A stretch of 64,000 nucleotides of DNA from an uncultured Bacteroidales bacterium (GCA_964444785.1 CAYUII010000008.1:44776-108775), one strand, 5' to 3'; positions 38,343-49,185 are shown, counted from the stretch's first letter. A program made the numbers and translations. The notes: generated by a model not told the origin, from the sequence alone.

Positions 38343-39266
38343 ATGTATTTTCTTGAGGCACGTAATATAGTCAAACGGTATACTGGTCATACTGCACTCA
38401 ATGATGTCTCTATTGGGGTTCCTGAAGGAACTGTTTTTGGCCTTTTAGGTCCTAATGGAGCAGGTAAAACCACATTGATTAGGATCTTAAATCAGATCAC
38501 AGGCCCCGATGAAGGGCAACTCTTGTTTAATGGTTCCCCTTTACAGCCTCATGATGTGGCCGATTTCGGCTATCTTCCCGAGGAGAGAGGCCTCTATAAG
38601 AAGATGAAAGTGGGAGAGCAGGCGCTCTATCTTGCTATGCTTAAAGGGATGCATCAGAAAGAGGCTATGGCCGAACTGAAACGCTGGTTTGTTAAGTTTG
38701 GCATTGAGACCTGGTGGAATAAAAAGGTTGAAGAGCTCTCTAAAGGAATGCAACAGAAGGTGCAGTTTATTGTAACAGTTGTACATAATCCTAGCCTTTT
38801 AATCTTTGATGAACCCTTCTCTGGTTTCGACCCTATCAATGCAAACCTGATGAAGGAGGAGATTCTTGAATTGAAAAGGAAGGGTGCAACGATCATTCTT
38901 TCGACGCATAATATGAACTCGGTGGAAGAGCTGTGCGATAATATCGCATTGATCAATCGTTCGCAAAAGATACTAGGAGGATCAGTCTCTGAGATTAGAA
39001 AGAGCTACAGTAAACAACTATTTGAAGTTACTACCAATAACCAGGCCCTTACCTCAGAAAAACTCCCTGATGGTTTTTACATTGAAAGTCAGATCAAGGA
39101 GGGGCCTTTTGATCGATCAACCATTTCTGTAAAGAATAATATGGATACACCAGGGGTTCTTCGTCAGTTGGTAATGTTAACCGATCTCTTCACTTTTAAA
39201 GAGATCTTACCTACAATGGACGAGATCTTTGTTGATGCAGTAAGAAATAGTAATACTCAACAGTGA
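38343..39266 (+). CDS. ABC transporter ATP-binding protein (ABC-2 exporter type)
   Basis: It has Walker A GPNGAGKTT, the signature LSKGMQQK and Walker B LLIFDEP. Confidence 0.85.
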   Translation: MYFLEARNIVKRYTGHTALNDVSIGVPEGTVFGLLGPNGAGKTTLIRILNQITGPDEGQLLFNGSPLQPHDVADFGYLPEERGLYKKMKVGEQALYLAMLKGMHQKEAMAELKRWFVKFGIETWWNKKVEELSKGMQQKVQFIVTVVHNPSLLIFDEPFSGFDPINANLMKEEILELKRKGATIILSTHNMNSVEELCDNIALINRSQKILGGSVSEIRKSYSKQLFEVTTNNQALTSEKLPDGFYIESQIKEGPFDRSTISVKNNMDTPGVLRQLVMLTDLFTFKEILPTMDEIFVDAVRNSNTQQ

Positions 39267-40639
39267 TGAAACGAAAACTATCAGCTTGGTCGAAGACCGC
39301 CATAATAATACGTCGGGAGTATTTGATAAGGGTGAGGAAGAAATCGTTTATTGTGATGACTATTCTTGGTCCGCTTTTGATTGCTGCTCTGTATGCTATT
39401 CCTATCATGATAGCAACGATGACAGAAGGTAAGCGGGATATTGAGATCTATGATGAGACAGGCCTATATGTTGACAGTTTTAAGTCGGGCACTGAGTTTA
39501 TTTATTACCCGGTAGCTGGTAATTTAGATACCGTAAAGCAGCGGTTTTTGCGATCGGGGCGATATGCTTTGGTTCACATACCAGCTACAGAGTTTAATGT
39601 TCCTGTCACAGCCATCATTTATTCTCAGAGTCAGCCGGGGATGAATATAAAGGGTGAAGTAAAGCGGGTAATGGGGAAAGTGGCTGAGGCGTTGAAGTTG
39701 AAGGCTAAAGGCTATGACCCTGAAGTACTTAATTCGATAAAAACCCGGATAGTCGTTAACACTGTAAAGGTCAATGAAGATGGAAGTGAGAAGAGGGGAA
39801 ACTCTGAGGTAGCTACAGGATTGGGGTTGGCTGCCGGGTTAATCATTTACTTTATGCTTTTCATGTTTGGGGGGCAGGTAATGCGCAGTGTTATTGAAGA
39901 GAAGACAAATAGGATAGTAGAGGTTATTATATCGAGTGTCAGACCTGTTCAGTTGATGTTTGGGAAGATAATAGGAGTAGGTCTTGTAAGTTTGACGCAA
40001 GTGGCCTTATGGGTTTTATTGACGTTGGCTCTCACAACAGGCGTAAGTCTGGTGATGGGAGAAAAGATGCAGAAACGAATGGTAGAGAAGCCAGCCATCA
40101 CGAGTATTGGAAGTGGTGTAGGTGCTTCAGCCATGAGTTCAGCGGTGGCAGATGCGGCTGAACAAGAAGATAATGCCGGAAAGTTTCAGATGGTTATGGA
40201 TGGATTGAAGAGTATCGATTATTACACGATGCTTAGTGCCTTCTTTTTCTTTTTTATTGGAGGGTATATCCTCTATTCAAGTCTATTTGCGGCGGTAGGA
40301 GGTATGGTTGACAGTGAGCAGGATACGCAGCAATTTATCCTACCAGTAACGTTACCCCTGATCATTGCATTTATGAGTGTGGGCTATGTGCTAAATTATC
40401 CGGATGGAGCCTTTAGCATTTGGTTATCAATGATTCCATTGACATCTCCAGTGGTGATGATGATGAGGTTGCCCTTTGGTGTTCCTATGTGGCAAATGGT
40501 GTTAAGTTTGCTTCTTTTATATGGGTTCACCTTTTTTACCACATGGCTTGGCGCTGTGATATATCGAACCGGAATACTTATCTATGGAAAGAAGCCATCT
40601 TGGAAGGAACTTTGGAGGTGGGTTCGCTACAAAAGCTAA
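39266..40639 (+). CDS. ABC-2 family transporter permease (NatB-like)
   Basis: It is translationally coupled to the ATPase gene (stop TGA 39264-39266 overlaps ATG 39266). The profile is an N-terminal TM segment, a large extracytoplasmic loop and a C-terminal 5-6 TM bundle. Confidence 0.7.
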   Translation: MKRKLSAWSKTAIIIRREYLIRVRKKSFIVMTILGPLLIAALYAIPIMIATMTEGKRDIEIYDETGLYVDSFKSGTEFIYYPVAGNLDTVKQRFLRSGRYALVHIPATEFNVPVTAIIYSQSQPGMNIKGEVKRVMGKVAEALKLKAKGYDPEVLNSIKTRIVVNTVKVNEDGSEKRGNSEVATGLGLAAGLIIYFMLFMFGGQVMRSVIEEKTNRIVEVIISSVRPVQLMFGKIIGVGLVSLTQVALWVLLTLALTTGVSLVMGEKMQKRMVEKPAITSIGSGVGASAMSSAVADAAEQEDNAGKFQMVMDGLKSIDYYTMLSAFFFFFIGGYILYSSLFAAVGGMVDSEQDTQQFILPVTLPLIIAFMSVGYVLNYPDGAFSIWLSMIPLTSPVVMMMRLPFGVPMWQMVLSLLLLYGFTFFTTWLGAVIYRTGILIYGKKPSWKELWRWVRYKS

Positions 40640-40686
40640 TAAAATATAATAATTTAGAATAAGGTGAGCTAAAGGTGACTCAATTC

Positions 40687-40717
40687 TTTGTCAATTTTAA
40701 ACTTTATTCTATTTTTG
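40687..40717 (+). promoter_or_regulatory. candidate secDF promoter (TTTG-N19-TATTTTTG)
   Basis: A -33-like TTTG (40687-40690) and a -7 box TATTTTTG (40710-40717) have 19-nt spacing, about 40 nt upstream of the ATG. Confidence 0.45.
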
Positions 40718-40758
40718 CAAACTCGAAAAAAACCAACAACTCAAAAATTTGACGACCC

Positions 40759-43700
40759 ATGCAACATAAGGGAGTTATCAAGTTCTTTGCAGTTCTCTTT
40801 GCACTTGTATGTCTCTTCTCGTTATCGTTTACTCTGGTAACGAAAAATGTAGAGAGTAAAGCCAGGGAATATGCAACTAATTCTACAGCAAGAAACCTTG
40901 CTGTCAAAATGGCCGCTGGGGATAAGCTAAAAGAGGCTATCCTTTTTGATTCAATTTCACGTGCTCGTGAAAGGTTCTTTTTTGATTCAATCGCTAGCGA
41001 ACCAGTTTACAATATCCTTGTCAAGAAGTACACTTACTCTGACGTAAAGGCTCGTGAGATTAATCTTGGTCTCGACCTTAAGGGTGGTATGAACGTTGTT
41101 ATGGAGGTGTCAGTAGCTGATATTATTAAGGCTCTATCAAACTATAATCCCGATTCTACCTTTAATAAAGCGGTAAAACTTGCTAAAGAGAAACAGAAAA
41201 ACAGCAATGCTGATTTTGTGACTCTTTTTGGTGAATCTTTCAATCAGATTGATCCTAACGCAAGGTTGGCTGCTATCTTTAGTACTGTTGAACTTAAGGA
41301 TAAGGTGAAGTTTAACTCTACCAATGAAGAGGTTCTTAAGGTGATAAGAACGGAGACTGAAGGCGCAATCGATCGTACTTTCAACATCCTTCGCACTCGT
41401 ATAGACCGTTTTGGTGTTGCCCAGCCTAACATTCAAAAGCTTCAAACCGCTGGTAGAATCTTAATTGAGCTTCCAGGTATCAAGGATCCAGAACGTGTTC
41501 GCAAACTCTTACAGGGTAGTGCTAAACTGGAGTTCTGGGAAACATATAAGTTCAGTGAGATCTATCAGTATTTTACTGATGCTAACAAGAAATTGGCTGC
41601 AGTAGCCAATGGAACAGCTGTTGACTCTACAAAAGTAATTGCTGATACCACCAAGGTTAAGACGGATGTGGCTGCAAAACCCACCGAGACTAAGGCTGCT
41701 GATACCACTAAGGTTGCAGAAACAACAGATAGTACTCTTTTAAAGAAGTTAGCTGATTCGACAGGTAGCAAAAAGGATAAAGGGGATGCTTCTTTCGAAG
41801 AGTATGCTAAAGAGAACCCTCTCTTTGCTTATCTTTCACCTGCCTTTGGAAAGAACGAAGCTGGTCAGATGGCTGCCTCTCAAGGAGCTCGCGTAGGTTC
41901 GTCTTTCATTAAAGATACCGCTCGTGTTAATAGTCTATTAAAGAAGGTTCGTAGCAGTTTTCCTGCTAACTTAAAACTTTTCTGGACTGTTAAGCCTGAG
42001 CCGGGTCGTAAGGATGTATTAGACCTAGTTGCTATTAAGGTTAAATCACGGGATGGAAAAGCTCCTTTAGGAGGTGATGTTATCGTTGACGCTCGTCAGG
42101 ATGTTAACCCAAGCAATGGTGGCGTTGAGGTTTCAATGGCGATGAATGGTGAAGGAGCCCACACCTGGAAAAACCTTACCGGAGATAATGTAGGCCGTCA
42201 GATCGCAATTGTTCTTGATGATTATGTCTACTCTTATCCAAATGTAAACCAAGAGATCTCTGGTGGTAGAAGTTCTATCTCAGGTGGCGGTATGACTATT
42301 GAAGAAGCTCAAGACTTAGCTAATATTCTTAAAGCTGGTAAACTACCTGCTCCTGCTCACATTGTTCAGGAAGCGGTTGTTGGTCCCTCTTTAGGTCAAG
42401 AAGCAATCGATGCCGGTATGAACTCCTTCATCGTGGCCTTTATCATGGTTCTTCTTTACATGGCTCTCTACTATAACCGTGCTGGTATGGTAGCTGATAT
42501 CGCCTTGTTCACCAATATCTTCTTTATCTTCGGTGTATTAGCTTCTTTCGGAGCTACACTGACTCTTCCCGGTATTGCCGGTATCGTTCTGACTCTCGGT
42601 ATGGCAGTAGATGCCAACGTAATTATCTATGAACGTATTCTTGAAGAACAGAGGGCAGGAAAGGGCTTAAGGTTGGCCATTGAAGATGGGTTTAAAAATG
42701 CTTACTCTGCGATTATCGACGGTAACGTAACTACATTAATTACGGCTATTATCCTCTTTATCTTCGGTAGTGGTCCTATTCAAGGTTTCGCAACTACTCT
42801 TATCATCGGTCTTGTATCTTCCTTGTTTACTGCAATCCTGATCTCAAGATTGATCTTTAACTGGATGTTGGATACCAACCGTAAGATTAATTTCGATAAT
42901 AAATTCACTCGTAATGTTCTTGCTAATGCTAACTTTGACTTTATTGGTCTTAGAAAGTATGCTTATATCTTCTCGATCGTGCTTTTTGTTATCGCTCTTG
43001 CAACATTAGGGTTACGTGGTTTAAATTATGGCGTTGACTTTACCGGTGGTAGAACCTATATCGTTAGGTTTGATCAAGATGTTAAGGTTAATGATGTTCG
43101 TCTGGCTCTGGGAAAAACTCTTGGAGAGACTCCTGAAGTAAAAACTTTTGGACCTTCTAACCAGGTAAAGATCACTACTAAATACATGGTAGATAATGAA
43201 GGTGCTGCTACTGATAGCATTGTTGAAACCAAGGTTTACGAAGCTTTGGCTCCAATGTATAGCACGCCGATAGATATGAATACTTTTAGAGCTACTAATA
43301 GTAATGAAAGCAAGTTAATTGGTGTTCTGACTTCTCAAAAAGTTGGACCTACCGTGGCTTATGATATTAAGAGAAATGCTTTCTTAGCTGTTTTATTCGC
43401 TCTGATCGGTATATTTGTCTATATCGCATTTAGGTTTAAAAAATGGCAATTTGGTTTGGGTGGCGTTGTTTCTCTTTTCCATGATACCATCATCATTATT
43501 GGTCTCTTCTCATTGTTCCATGGAATTCTACCATTCAACCTTGAAGTCGACCAAAGCTTTATTGCTGCTATCCTGACCATCATCGGTTACTCAATCAATG
43601 ATACCGTTATTATCTTCGACCGTATTCGTGAATATAACTTCCTGCACCCAAAACGTGCCTTGAAGGATAATATGAATGCTGCTATTAACTCTACTTTGTC

Positions 43701-43911
43701 TCGTACAATGAACACTGCTGGTACCACTATCATCACCTTGATCGTTATCTTTATCATGGGCGGTGAAATTATCCGTGGATTTACCTTCGCTCTTCTAATG
43801 GGTATCTTATTCGGTACTTATTCTTCTGTGTTCAACGCTTCTCCCGTGGCTTATGATACAATCATGTTCCAACGTAAGAGAGCTGCGAAAAAAGCTGAGC
43901 TTAAAAAGTAA
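40759..43911 (+). CDS. secDF: fused protein-export membrane protein SecDF
   Basis: This about 1050-aa protein has SecD periplasmic P1-like sequence (LGLDLKGGMNVVMEV) and two RND-like 6-TM halves (..PSLGQEAIDAG.., ..VGPTVAYDIK..). Confidence 0.9.
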   Translation: MQHKGVIKFFAVLFALVCLFSLSFTLVTKNVESKAREYATNSTARNLAVKMAAGDKLKEAILFDSISRARERFFFDSIASEPVYNILVKKYTYSDVKAREINLGLDLKGGMNVVMEVSVADIIKALSNYNPDSTFNKAVKLAKEKQKNSNADFVTLFGESFNQIDPNARLAAIFSTVELKDKVKFNSTNEEVLKVIRTETEGAIDRTFNILRTRIDRFGVAQPNIQKLQTAGRILIELPGIKDPERVRKLLQGSAKLEFWETYKFSEIYQYFTDANKKLAAVANGTAVDSTKVIADTTKVKTDVAAKPTETKAADTTKVAETTDSTLLKKLADSTGSKKDKGDASFEEYAKENPLFAYLSPAFGKNEAGQMAASQGARVGSSFIKDTARVNSLLKKVRSSFPANLKLFWTVKPEPGRKDVLDLVAIKVKSRDGKAPLGGDVIVDARQDVNPSNGGVEVSMAMNGEGAHTWKNLTGDNVGRQIAIVLDDYVYSYPNVNQEISGGRSSISGGGMTIEEAQDLANILKAGKLPAPAHIVQEAVVGPSLGQEAIDAGMNSFIVAFIMVLLYMALYYNRAGMVADIALFTNIFFIFGVLASFGATLTLPGIAGIVLTLGMAVDANVIIYERILEEQRAGKGLRLAIEDGFKNAYSAIIDGNVTTLITAIILFIFGSGPIQGFATTLIIGLVSSLFTAILISRLIFNWMLDTNRKINFDNKFTRNVLANANFDFIGLRKYAYIFSIVLFVIALATLGLRGLNYGVDFTGGRTYIVRFDQDVKVNDVRLALGKTLGETPEVKTFGPSNQVKITTKYMVDNEGAATDSIVETKVYEALAPMYSTPIDMNTFRATNSNESKLIGVLTSQKVGPTVAYDIKRNAFLAVLFALIGIFVYIAFRFKKWQFGLGGVVSLFHDTIIIIGLFSLFHGILPFNLEVDQSFIAAILTIIGYSINDTVIIFDRIREYNFLHPKRALKDNMNAAINSTLSRTMNTAGTTIITLIVIFIMGGEIIRGFTFALLMGILFGTYSSVFNASPVAYDTIMFQRKRAAKKAELKK

Positions 43912-43932
43912 CTCTTTGAAACAATCATAGAA

Positions 43933-43963
43933 AAGTCCCGGACAAAGTCCGGGACTTTTTTTT
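43933..43963 (+). terminator. rho-independent terminator after secDF
   Basis: An 11-bp stem AAGTCCCGGAC / GTCCGGGACTT has a 3-nt loop and a T-run. Confidence 0.8.
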
Positions 43964-43993
43964 ATTTTTGTTTAATATAACATATCTGGTAAA

Positions 43994-44344
43994 ATGCCCC
44001 TATTGTTTTTAGATTTGAGTACCGGTGAATTATTGCTGATTGTAATGGCAGTTATGATTCTATTTGGCCCGAAGCGGATCCCTGAGATTGCGCGTACTGT
44101 CGGCCAGACGGTTGGCAAATTACGTGCAGCTTCTGATCAAATAAAAAAAGAGATCCTCAGCGAAGCTCGTACGATGGAGGAGGGGGCCAACAAGATTACA
44201 AATCCAGTGTCAACAATTGTTGATGAAGTGAATAATAATCTTTCAACAACGGTGTTATCTAATAATAGTAGCAACCAAGAGGCAATTCATTCAAAAACGG
44301 ATACTGATAGGGAGAAGGGTTCTTCCGAAACAGTCAGCTCTTAA
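43994..44344 (+). CDS. tatA: twin-arginine translocase TatA/TatE-family subunit
   Basis: The N-terminal TM segment plus amphipathic helix is GELLLIVMAVMILFGPKRIPEIARTVGQTVGKLR. Confidence 0.8.
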   Translation: MPLLFLDLSTGELLLIVMAVMILFGPKRIPEIARTVGQTVGKLRAASDQIKKEILSEARTMEEGANKITNPVSTIVDEVNNNLSTTVLSNNSSNQEAIHSKTDTDREKGSSETVSS

Positions 44345-44367
44345 TTTAATCTCGGAGAGAAAATATC

Positions 44368-46851
44368 ATGAAGAGAAGCAACATTCTTTTTTTTACAATC
44401 ATAATTAATATCCTATTGTTCTCCAACGTTTCGTTGGGTCAGAATAAGAGAACAATACTTGCCGATGAAGCTTTTAAAGGGTATCAGTTTACCACTGCCA
44501 TCAAGCTCTATAAAAAAGGATATTCTCGGGAACGGAATAAAGAGGAGAAAAACCGCATCATCTTTCAGATTGCCGAGTGCTTCAGACTTATGAATAATTA
44601 TCAAATGGCTGAAACCAACTATAAAAGATTGATCTCAGCTAAATATGATGTTGTAAAACCAGAGATCTATCTGCATCTGGGTAACATCATGAAAGTTACC
44701 GGTCGTCTAAAGGAAGCCAGGGAGGCTTATGAAAAATATCTCTTAGCGAAACCTGATGATAAAGTAGGGCTCTTTGCTCTGAGGGGCTTAAATGCTTATG
44801 ATTCTATAATGAATAACCCTTCGCGACATAAAATAGAGCTCGTGGGTGATTTATCCGGGCAGTTTAACGATTTTGGTGCAGTTTACAGTAACCCGGCTTT
44901 TAATGAAGTGGTATTTGCTTCTGACAGACCTACTGTTAAAGGGAAAAAGGCTCGTAAAATGCGAAAAGATGAGTGGACTGGAAAGAGTTTTTCGGATCTT
45001 TTCGGAAGTAAAGAACAATCGAATGGGAAATATGCTGTTCCCCAATCCATTGATGTGAACGAAGCAGTAAATACTACTGCTAATGAAGGCACTCCTTTCT
45101 TTAATAATCGTTTTAACTCAATGTACTTTACCCGTTGTACTACGGAAGAGAAGAAGCTAAATGGATGTAAAGTTATGGTTAGTCGTAGAGCCGGACAAAG
45201 TTGGGGTGAGGCTCAACTGGTAGATCTTGGCGGTGATAGTACTACCATCATAGGACATCCGACTTTAACCGATGATGAATTAACAATATATTTCTCGGCC
45301 GACCTACCCGGAGGCAAGGGGGGAAAAGATATCTGGGTTGCAACAAGAACCGGACGAACAGCTAAATTTGGTAAACCACGTAATCTGGGTGAGCCGGTTA
45401 ATACCCCTGGAAATGAATTGTTCCCTTTTATCAGGTATGACTCTATTCTCTATTTCTCTTCCGATGGTCATTTAGGATTAGGAGGCTTAGACATTTATAA
45501 GAGTGTAAAATTATCAGGTGATGGTAAAGTAGGTTGGGGTATACCCGTGAATTTGGGCCCTCCTATAAACTCTACCTATGATGACTTTAATATGACATTC
45601 CATCCTGAAGCCATGGAGCAGGGCTTTTTTGCCTCAAATAGACCAAAGGGTAGAGGCGGGGATGATATCTACAGCTTCTTGATTCAACCGCTTGAATTTA
45701 CTCTGCGTGGTATCGTAAAAGATGATAGGACACTTCAGCCACTGGCTGGTGTCTTAGTGCAATTGAAAGGATCTGATGGTTTTGAAGCAAAATCGACAAC
45801 GAGTGAGAAAGGGGAGTATTCCTTCAATAAGAACCAGATTAAGGTTAATGTTAAATACCATCTGACCGTTTCAAAGGATGGCTATTTTACTGTTGAGGGA
45901 GATGAAAGTACCATTGGATATGAGAATTCAAAAGACCTCGTTCATGATTTTGTACTAGTGCCTGTTCCTAAAAAACCGGTTGTGTTACCTGAAATACTTT
46001 ATGATCTGGGTAGGTGGGAACTCAAACCTCAATATGCGGATTCATTGCAAGGCCTTATCAAGGTTTTAGAGGCTAATCCTAATATAATAGTTGAACTAGG
46101 TGCGCATACCGATGCCAGAGATACCGAGGAAAGAAATGATATCCTATCTCAAAAACGTGCTCAAAGTGTCGTTGACTATTTAATTGTTAGAGGAATTGAG
46201 GCGGATCGATTGGTGGCTAAAGGATATGGCGAACGGACTCCACGTGTTTTACAGAGAGATTTTGTTAGAGCCGGCTATACCTTTAAAAATGGAGTTAAAT
46301 TGACCGAGTCATTTATAGATTCGCTCCCTTCACGTGAAGTTAAAGAGGCTGCTCATCAACTGAATCGTAGAACGGAATTTATGATTATTGGTACCAACTT
46401 TAAATCTTCCGGGAAAAAGGAGACGACTTCATCTCAAGTAAAATTAGTTACAGGTCCTGAAAGAAATGCTGTTCCTTTCAAATATGAAGGGAAATTAAAT
46501 AACTTGGTGATTCAAGGTAATTTCAACAACTTTACCCTTGACTTTGTCTATGAACCTAACTTAACAGATGCATCCATGTCGGGCGAAATGGCTGTTCAGA
46601 TGTTGCGCGATGGGGCTATAGGGAAAGAGGACTTCCAGAACGGTGCTGATGATTTTAATGAAGATGGTACCTTAAAGAAGGGAGCCGTTCTTACTATTTC
46701 ACAGTTCCGGATTGGAAAGAATGTTATTTATGATATTGAGGTGATCATAGATCCAAAACAAAAGGTGCCGCTTTATTTGAATAATAAAATCATGACCCGA
46801 TTCGGAGCATTTACTATTGATGAGGCAAATAAAGAAATCGTATTTGAATAG
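44368..46851 (+). CDS. OmpA-family protein with N-terminal TPR, TolB-like beta-propeller repeats and a CarboxypepD_reg-like domain
   Basis: It has a signal peptide and TPR-like helices. Repeated PD40-like NT..NE..PF segments follow. The OmpA C-terminal-like peptidoglycan-binding motif is GAHTDARDTEERNDILSQKRAQSVVDYL...NRRTEF. Confidence 0.75.
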   Translation: MKRSNILFFTIIINILLFSNVSLGQNKRTILADEAFKGYQFTTAIKLYKKGYSRERNKEEKNRIIFQIAECFRLMNNYQMAETNYKRLISAKYDVVKPEIYLHLGNIMKVTGRLKEAREAYEKYLLAKPDDKVGLFALRGLNAYDSIMNNPSRHKIELVGDLSGQFNDFGAVYSNPAFNEVVFASDRPTVKGKKARKMRKDEWTGKSFSDLFGSKEQSNGKYAVPQSIDVNEAVNTTANEGTPFFNNRFNSMYFTRCTTEEKKLNGCKVMVSRRAGQSWGEAQLVDLGGDSTTIIGHPTLTDDELTIYFSADLPGGKGGKDIWVATRTGRTAKFGKPRNLGEPVNTPGNELFPFIRYDSILYFSSDGHLGLGGLDIYKSVKLSGDGKVGWGIPVNLGPPINSTYDDFNMTFHPEAMEQGFFASNRPKGRGGDDIYSFLIQPLEFTLRGIVKDDRTLQPLAGVLVQLKGSDGFEAKSTTSEKGEYSFNKNQIKVNVKYHLTVSKDGYFTVEGDESTIGYENSKDLVHDFVLVPVPKKPVVLPEILYDLGRWELKPQYADSLQGLIKVLEANPNIIVELGAHTDARDTEERNDILSQKRAQSVVDYLIVRGIEADRLVAKGYGERTPRVLQRDFVRAGYTFKNGVKLTESFIDSLPSREVKEAAHQLNRRTEFMIIGTNFKSSGKKETTSSQVKLVTGPERNAVPFKYEGKLNNLVIQGNFNNFTLDFVYEPNLTDASMSGEMAVQMLRDGAIGKEDFQNGADDFNEDGTLKKGAVLTISQFRIGKNVIYDIEVIIDPKQKVPLYLNNKIMTRFGAFTIDEANKEIVFE

Positions 46852-46857
46852 TAACTT

Positions 46858-48030
46858 ATGATTGAAGATATTTCACGATACGCCGGGCGTGGCGTCTCCT
46901 CAGGAAAGGAGGATGTTCACGCTGCAATTAAAAAGAGCGATAAAGGCATCTTTCCATTAGCATTCTGTAAAGTCATTCCCGATATTCTTGGTGATGATCC
47001 TGACTGGTGTAATGTTATGCATGCCGATGGAGCTGGCACTAAGTCCTCTTTGGCTTATATCTATTGGCGTGAAACGGGAGATCTTTCTGTTTGGAAGGAT
47101 ATAGCACAAGATGCTATCGTAATGAATACTGATGATCTGCTCTGCGTTGGGATATACGATAAGATGCTGCTGAGTTCAACCATCGGAAGAAACAAAATAT
47201 TGATTCCTGGTGAGGTGATTTCTGCAATCATTGAGGGTACTGAAGAATTTCTGGCTCAATTACGAGACATGGGGGTTGGTATTCACCTAACTGGTGGTGA
47301 GACCGCCGATGTAGGCGATTTGGTAAGAACGATTATTGTGGACAGTACGGTGACTGCGAGGGTTCCTAGAAGTCAAATTATCAGCAACCATACCATTGCA
47401 GCTGGTGATGTTATTGTTGGATTAGCTTCATTTGGTCAAGCCTCCTACGAACACCGTTATAATGGAGGTATGGGGAGTAATGGACTCACTTCCGCAAGAC
47501 ATGATGTCTTTAGTCATAATCTGGCTATGCTGTATCCTGAGAGTTATGACTCGGCTATCTCACCTGAATTGATATATAGTGGAGGAAGATCTCTTCTTGA
47601 GCCTAGTCCGATTGAAGGGGTTGATATGGGTAAGTTGGTCCTTTCTCCAACGCGAACCTATGCTCCGATTGTGAGAGACATTGTTAGAACAATGAGATCG
47701 AAGATTCATGGGATGGTGCACTGTAGTGGTGGGGGCCAAACTAAGGTGCTTCATTTTGCCGGTAAGGTTAGAATTATCAAAGATAATCTCTTTGATGTCC
47801 CTCCTCTGTTTAGCATTATCCAGGCAGAATCGAACACTCCTTGGCATGAGATGTATAAAGTGTTTAATATGGGACATCGGATGGAGTTATATGTTCCTGA
47901 AGAATGTGCATCGGAGATCATTGCTATCTCTTCTGCTTATGGAGTTGATGCAAAAATCATCGGCCATGTTGAACCCTCGGACAAAAAGGAGTTAATTATT
48001 AAGGATAAACAAGGGGTTTACACCTATTAA
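46858..48030 (+). CDS. purM: AIR synthase-related protein (PurM-like phosphoribosylformylglycinamidine cyclo-ligase)
   Basis: PurM-like blocks are HADGAGTKS, MNTDDLLCVG, LTGGETAD, GSNGLTSARH, LSPTRTYAP, HCSGGGQTK and EMYKVFNMGHRME. Confidence 0.7.
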   Translation: MIEDISRYAGRGVSSGKEDVHAAIKKSDKGIFPLAFCKVIPDILGDDPDWCNVMHADGAGTKSSLAYIYWRETGDLSVWKDIAQDAIVMNTDDLLCVGIYDKMLLSSTIGRNKILIPGEVISAIIEGTEEFLAQLRDMGVGIHLTGGETADVGDLVRTIIVDSTVTARVPRSQIISNHTIAAGDVIVGLASFGQASYEHRYNGGMGSNGLTSARHDVFSHNLAMLYPESYDSAISPELIYSGGRSLLEPSPIEGVDMGKLVLSPTRTYAPIVRDIVRTMRSKIHGMVHCSGGGQTKVLHFAGKVRIIKDNLFDVPPLFSIIQAESNTPWHEMYKVFNMGHRMELYVPEECASEIIAISSAYGVDAKIIGHVEPSDKKELIIKDKQGVYTY

Positions 48031-48031
48031 T

Positions 48032-48069
48032 AAAAAAGGGAGGTCTCAAAAATAAGACCTCCCTTTTTT
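48032..48069. terminator. bidirectional rho-independent terminator (purM / lipoprotein gene)
   Basis: The stem GGGAGGTCT / AGACCTCCC is flanked by A6 and T6 runs. Confidence 0.85.
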
Positions 48070-48099
48070 GATAGCTAAGGGTCTTCGCTTGTAAATAGC

Positions 48100-48612
48100 T
48101 TAATGTCCTTTTTTATTCTTTAAATTATTGATTGAGTCGGCATAAGCTGTTGCCTTCTTGAGTTCGAGTAGATATTGTCCGATTGAAACCAGCGGTTTGA
48201 TTTCCACATCAGAGACATCGTTTAGCGGGCAATTTCGGAGGTAATTGTGGAGGGTACTATTATTATCGGCTTGAATAATAAAGGTACAACCTGAATGCAC
48301 CGCAAAAACCCCACCCACGATTGGGATTCCTGCTCCTCTGAGGCTATCTATGTAAGCGAACCCCGGGAGATAGTTCTTTTTAATAAGTTCGATTGATTCG
48401 GCAGACTTTCCAGGCTTGGCTTTTATTTTGAAGTTATAAGAGACAAGAAAGAAGTTCTGAGGAACCAGATAGAGGGTAGAATCGGTGTTTTTGCTTTTAG
48501 AGTCAAGGACTCTAAGCCCCGATGGAACTTGTTTTAGATCGGATTCAGAACAGCTAAATAAAAGAATAGTTAGGGCTATTAGCGGAAGTATTTTAAGTAA
48601 TCTGGTTTGCAT
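48100..48612 (-). CDS. hypothetical lipoprotein
   Basis: MQTRLLKILPLIALTILLFSC is a lipobox signal. No recognisable domain. Starting at 48612 removes the overlap with the upstream ferritin-like gene. Confidence 0.45.
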   Translation of the reverse strand: MQTRLLKILPLIALTILLFSCSESDLKQVPSGLRVLDSKSKNTDSTLYLVPQNFFLVSYNFKIKAKPGKSAESIELIKKNYLPGFAYIDSLRGAGIPIVGGVFAVHSGCTFIIQADNNSTLHNYLRNCPLNDVSDVEIKPLVSIGQYLLELKKATAYADSINNLKNKKGH

Positions 48613-48619
48613 TTTAATT

Positions 48620-49081
48620 TTAGTTTTCACGCAAAACGTGTTCATCATACTCTAGTTCAAATCTTAGTTTATGCTTACTCTCTTCAACGGCTAAGTTCAG
48701 AAAAAGGTTACGTATCTCAGGTCTGGAGGCAATAGACGATAGGTCTGTATAGAGTTTAAATGCAGCCTCCTCCTTCTTCATTGCAAGAACTAATGCATCA
48801 CGATAATCCATCTTTTCATTTGGAACCACCTCTGTAAGGTATTCTGAGATCCTGAGATTTTGGGTTAGATGATTTACTTCTAGATTGGCAAAGTAACCCT
48901 CTTGTTTGACAAGAATTAATTTCTTTTTATGACCAGCTTCTTCGGCTGCATACAAAGTAAAGACTTTTTTAATGGCTTCGGATGAACTCCCTTCAGCTAA
49001 TTTCGTATAGAAATCGACAGCTTCTTGCTCGGCTTCAATCGCAAAGTCGATAATCTGGTCAACAGTGGTGAAAGTAATCAT
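48620..49081 (-). CDS. ferritin-like / rubrerythrin-family diiron protein
   Basis: It has a four-helix pattern with two E...ExxH pairs (EQEAVDFY...AAEEAGHKK and KKEEAAFKLY...AVEESKHKL). Confidence 0.65.
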   Translation of the reverse strand: MITFTTVDQIIDFAIEAEQEAVDFYTKLAEGSSSEAIKKVFTLYAAEEAGHKKKLILVKQEGYFANLEVNHLTQNLRISEYLTEVVPNEKMDYRDALVLAMKKEEAAFKLYTDLSSIASRPEIRNLFLNLAVEESKHKLRFELEYDEHVLREN

Positions 49082-49185
49082 GTTTTGAAGAATTGATTAT
49101 TACAAACATACATCATTTCTTTCGAGTTTCCATTTCCTCTAAATGAAAAAATATTTTATTATCCAATATTTTGAGGTGGCAATCT

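Noticed and set aside
43931-43965. AAAGTCCCGGAC...GTCCGGGAC resembles the RNase P RNA conserved GGAAAGUCCGGGC segment
   Set aside because: The intergenic space is only about 80 bp and the sequence is a simple 11-bp hairpin plus T-run directly after secDF. It is a terminator, not a roughly 350-nt RNase P RNA.
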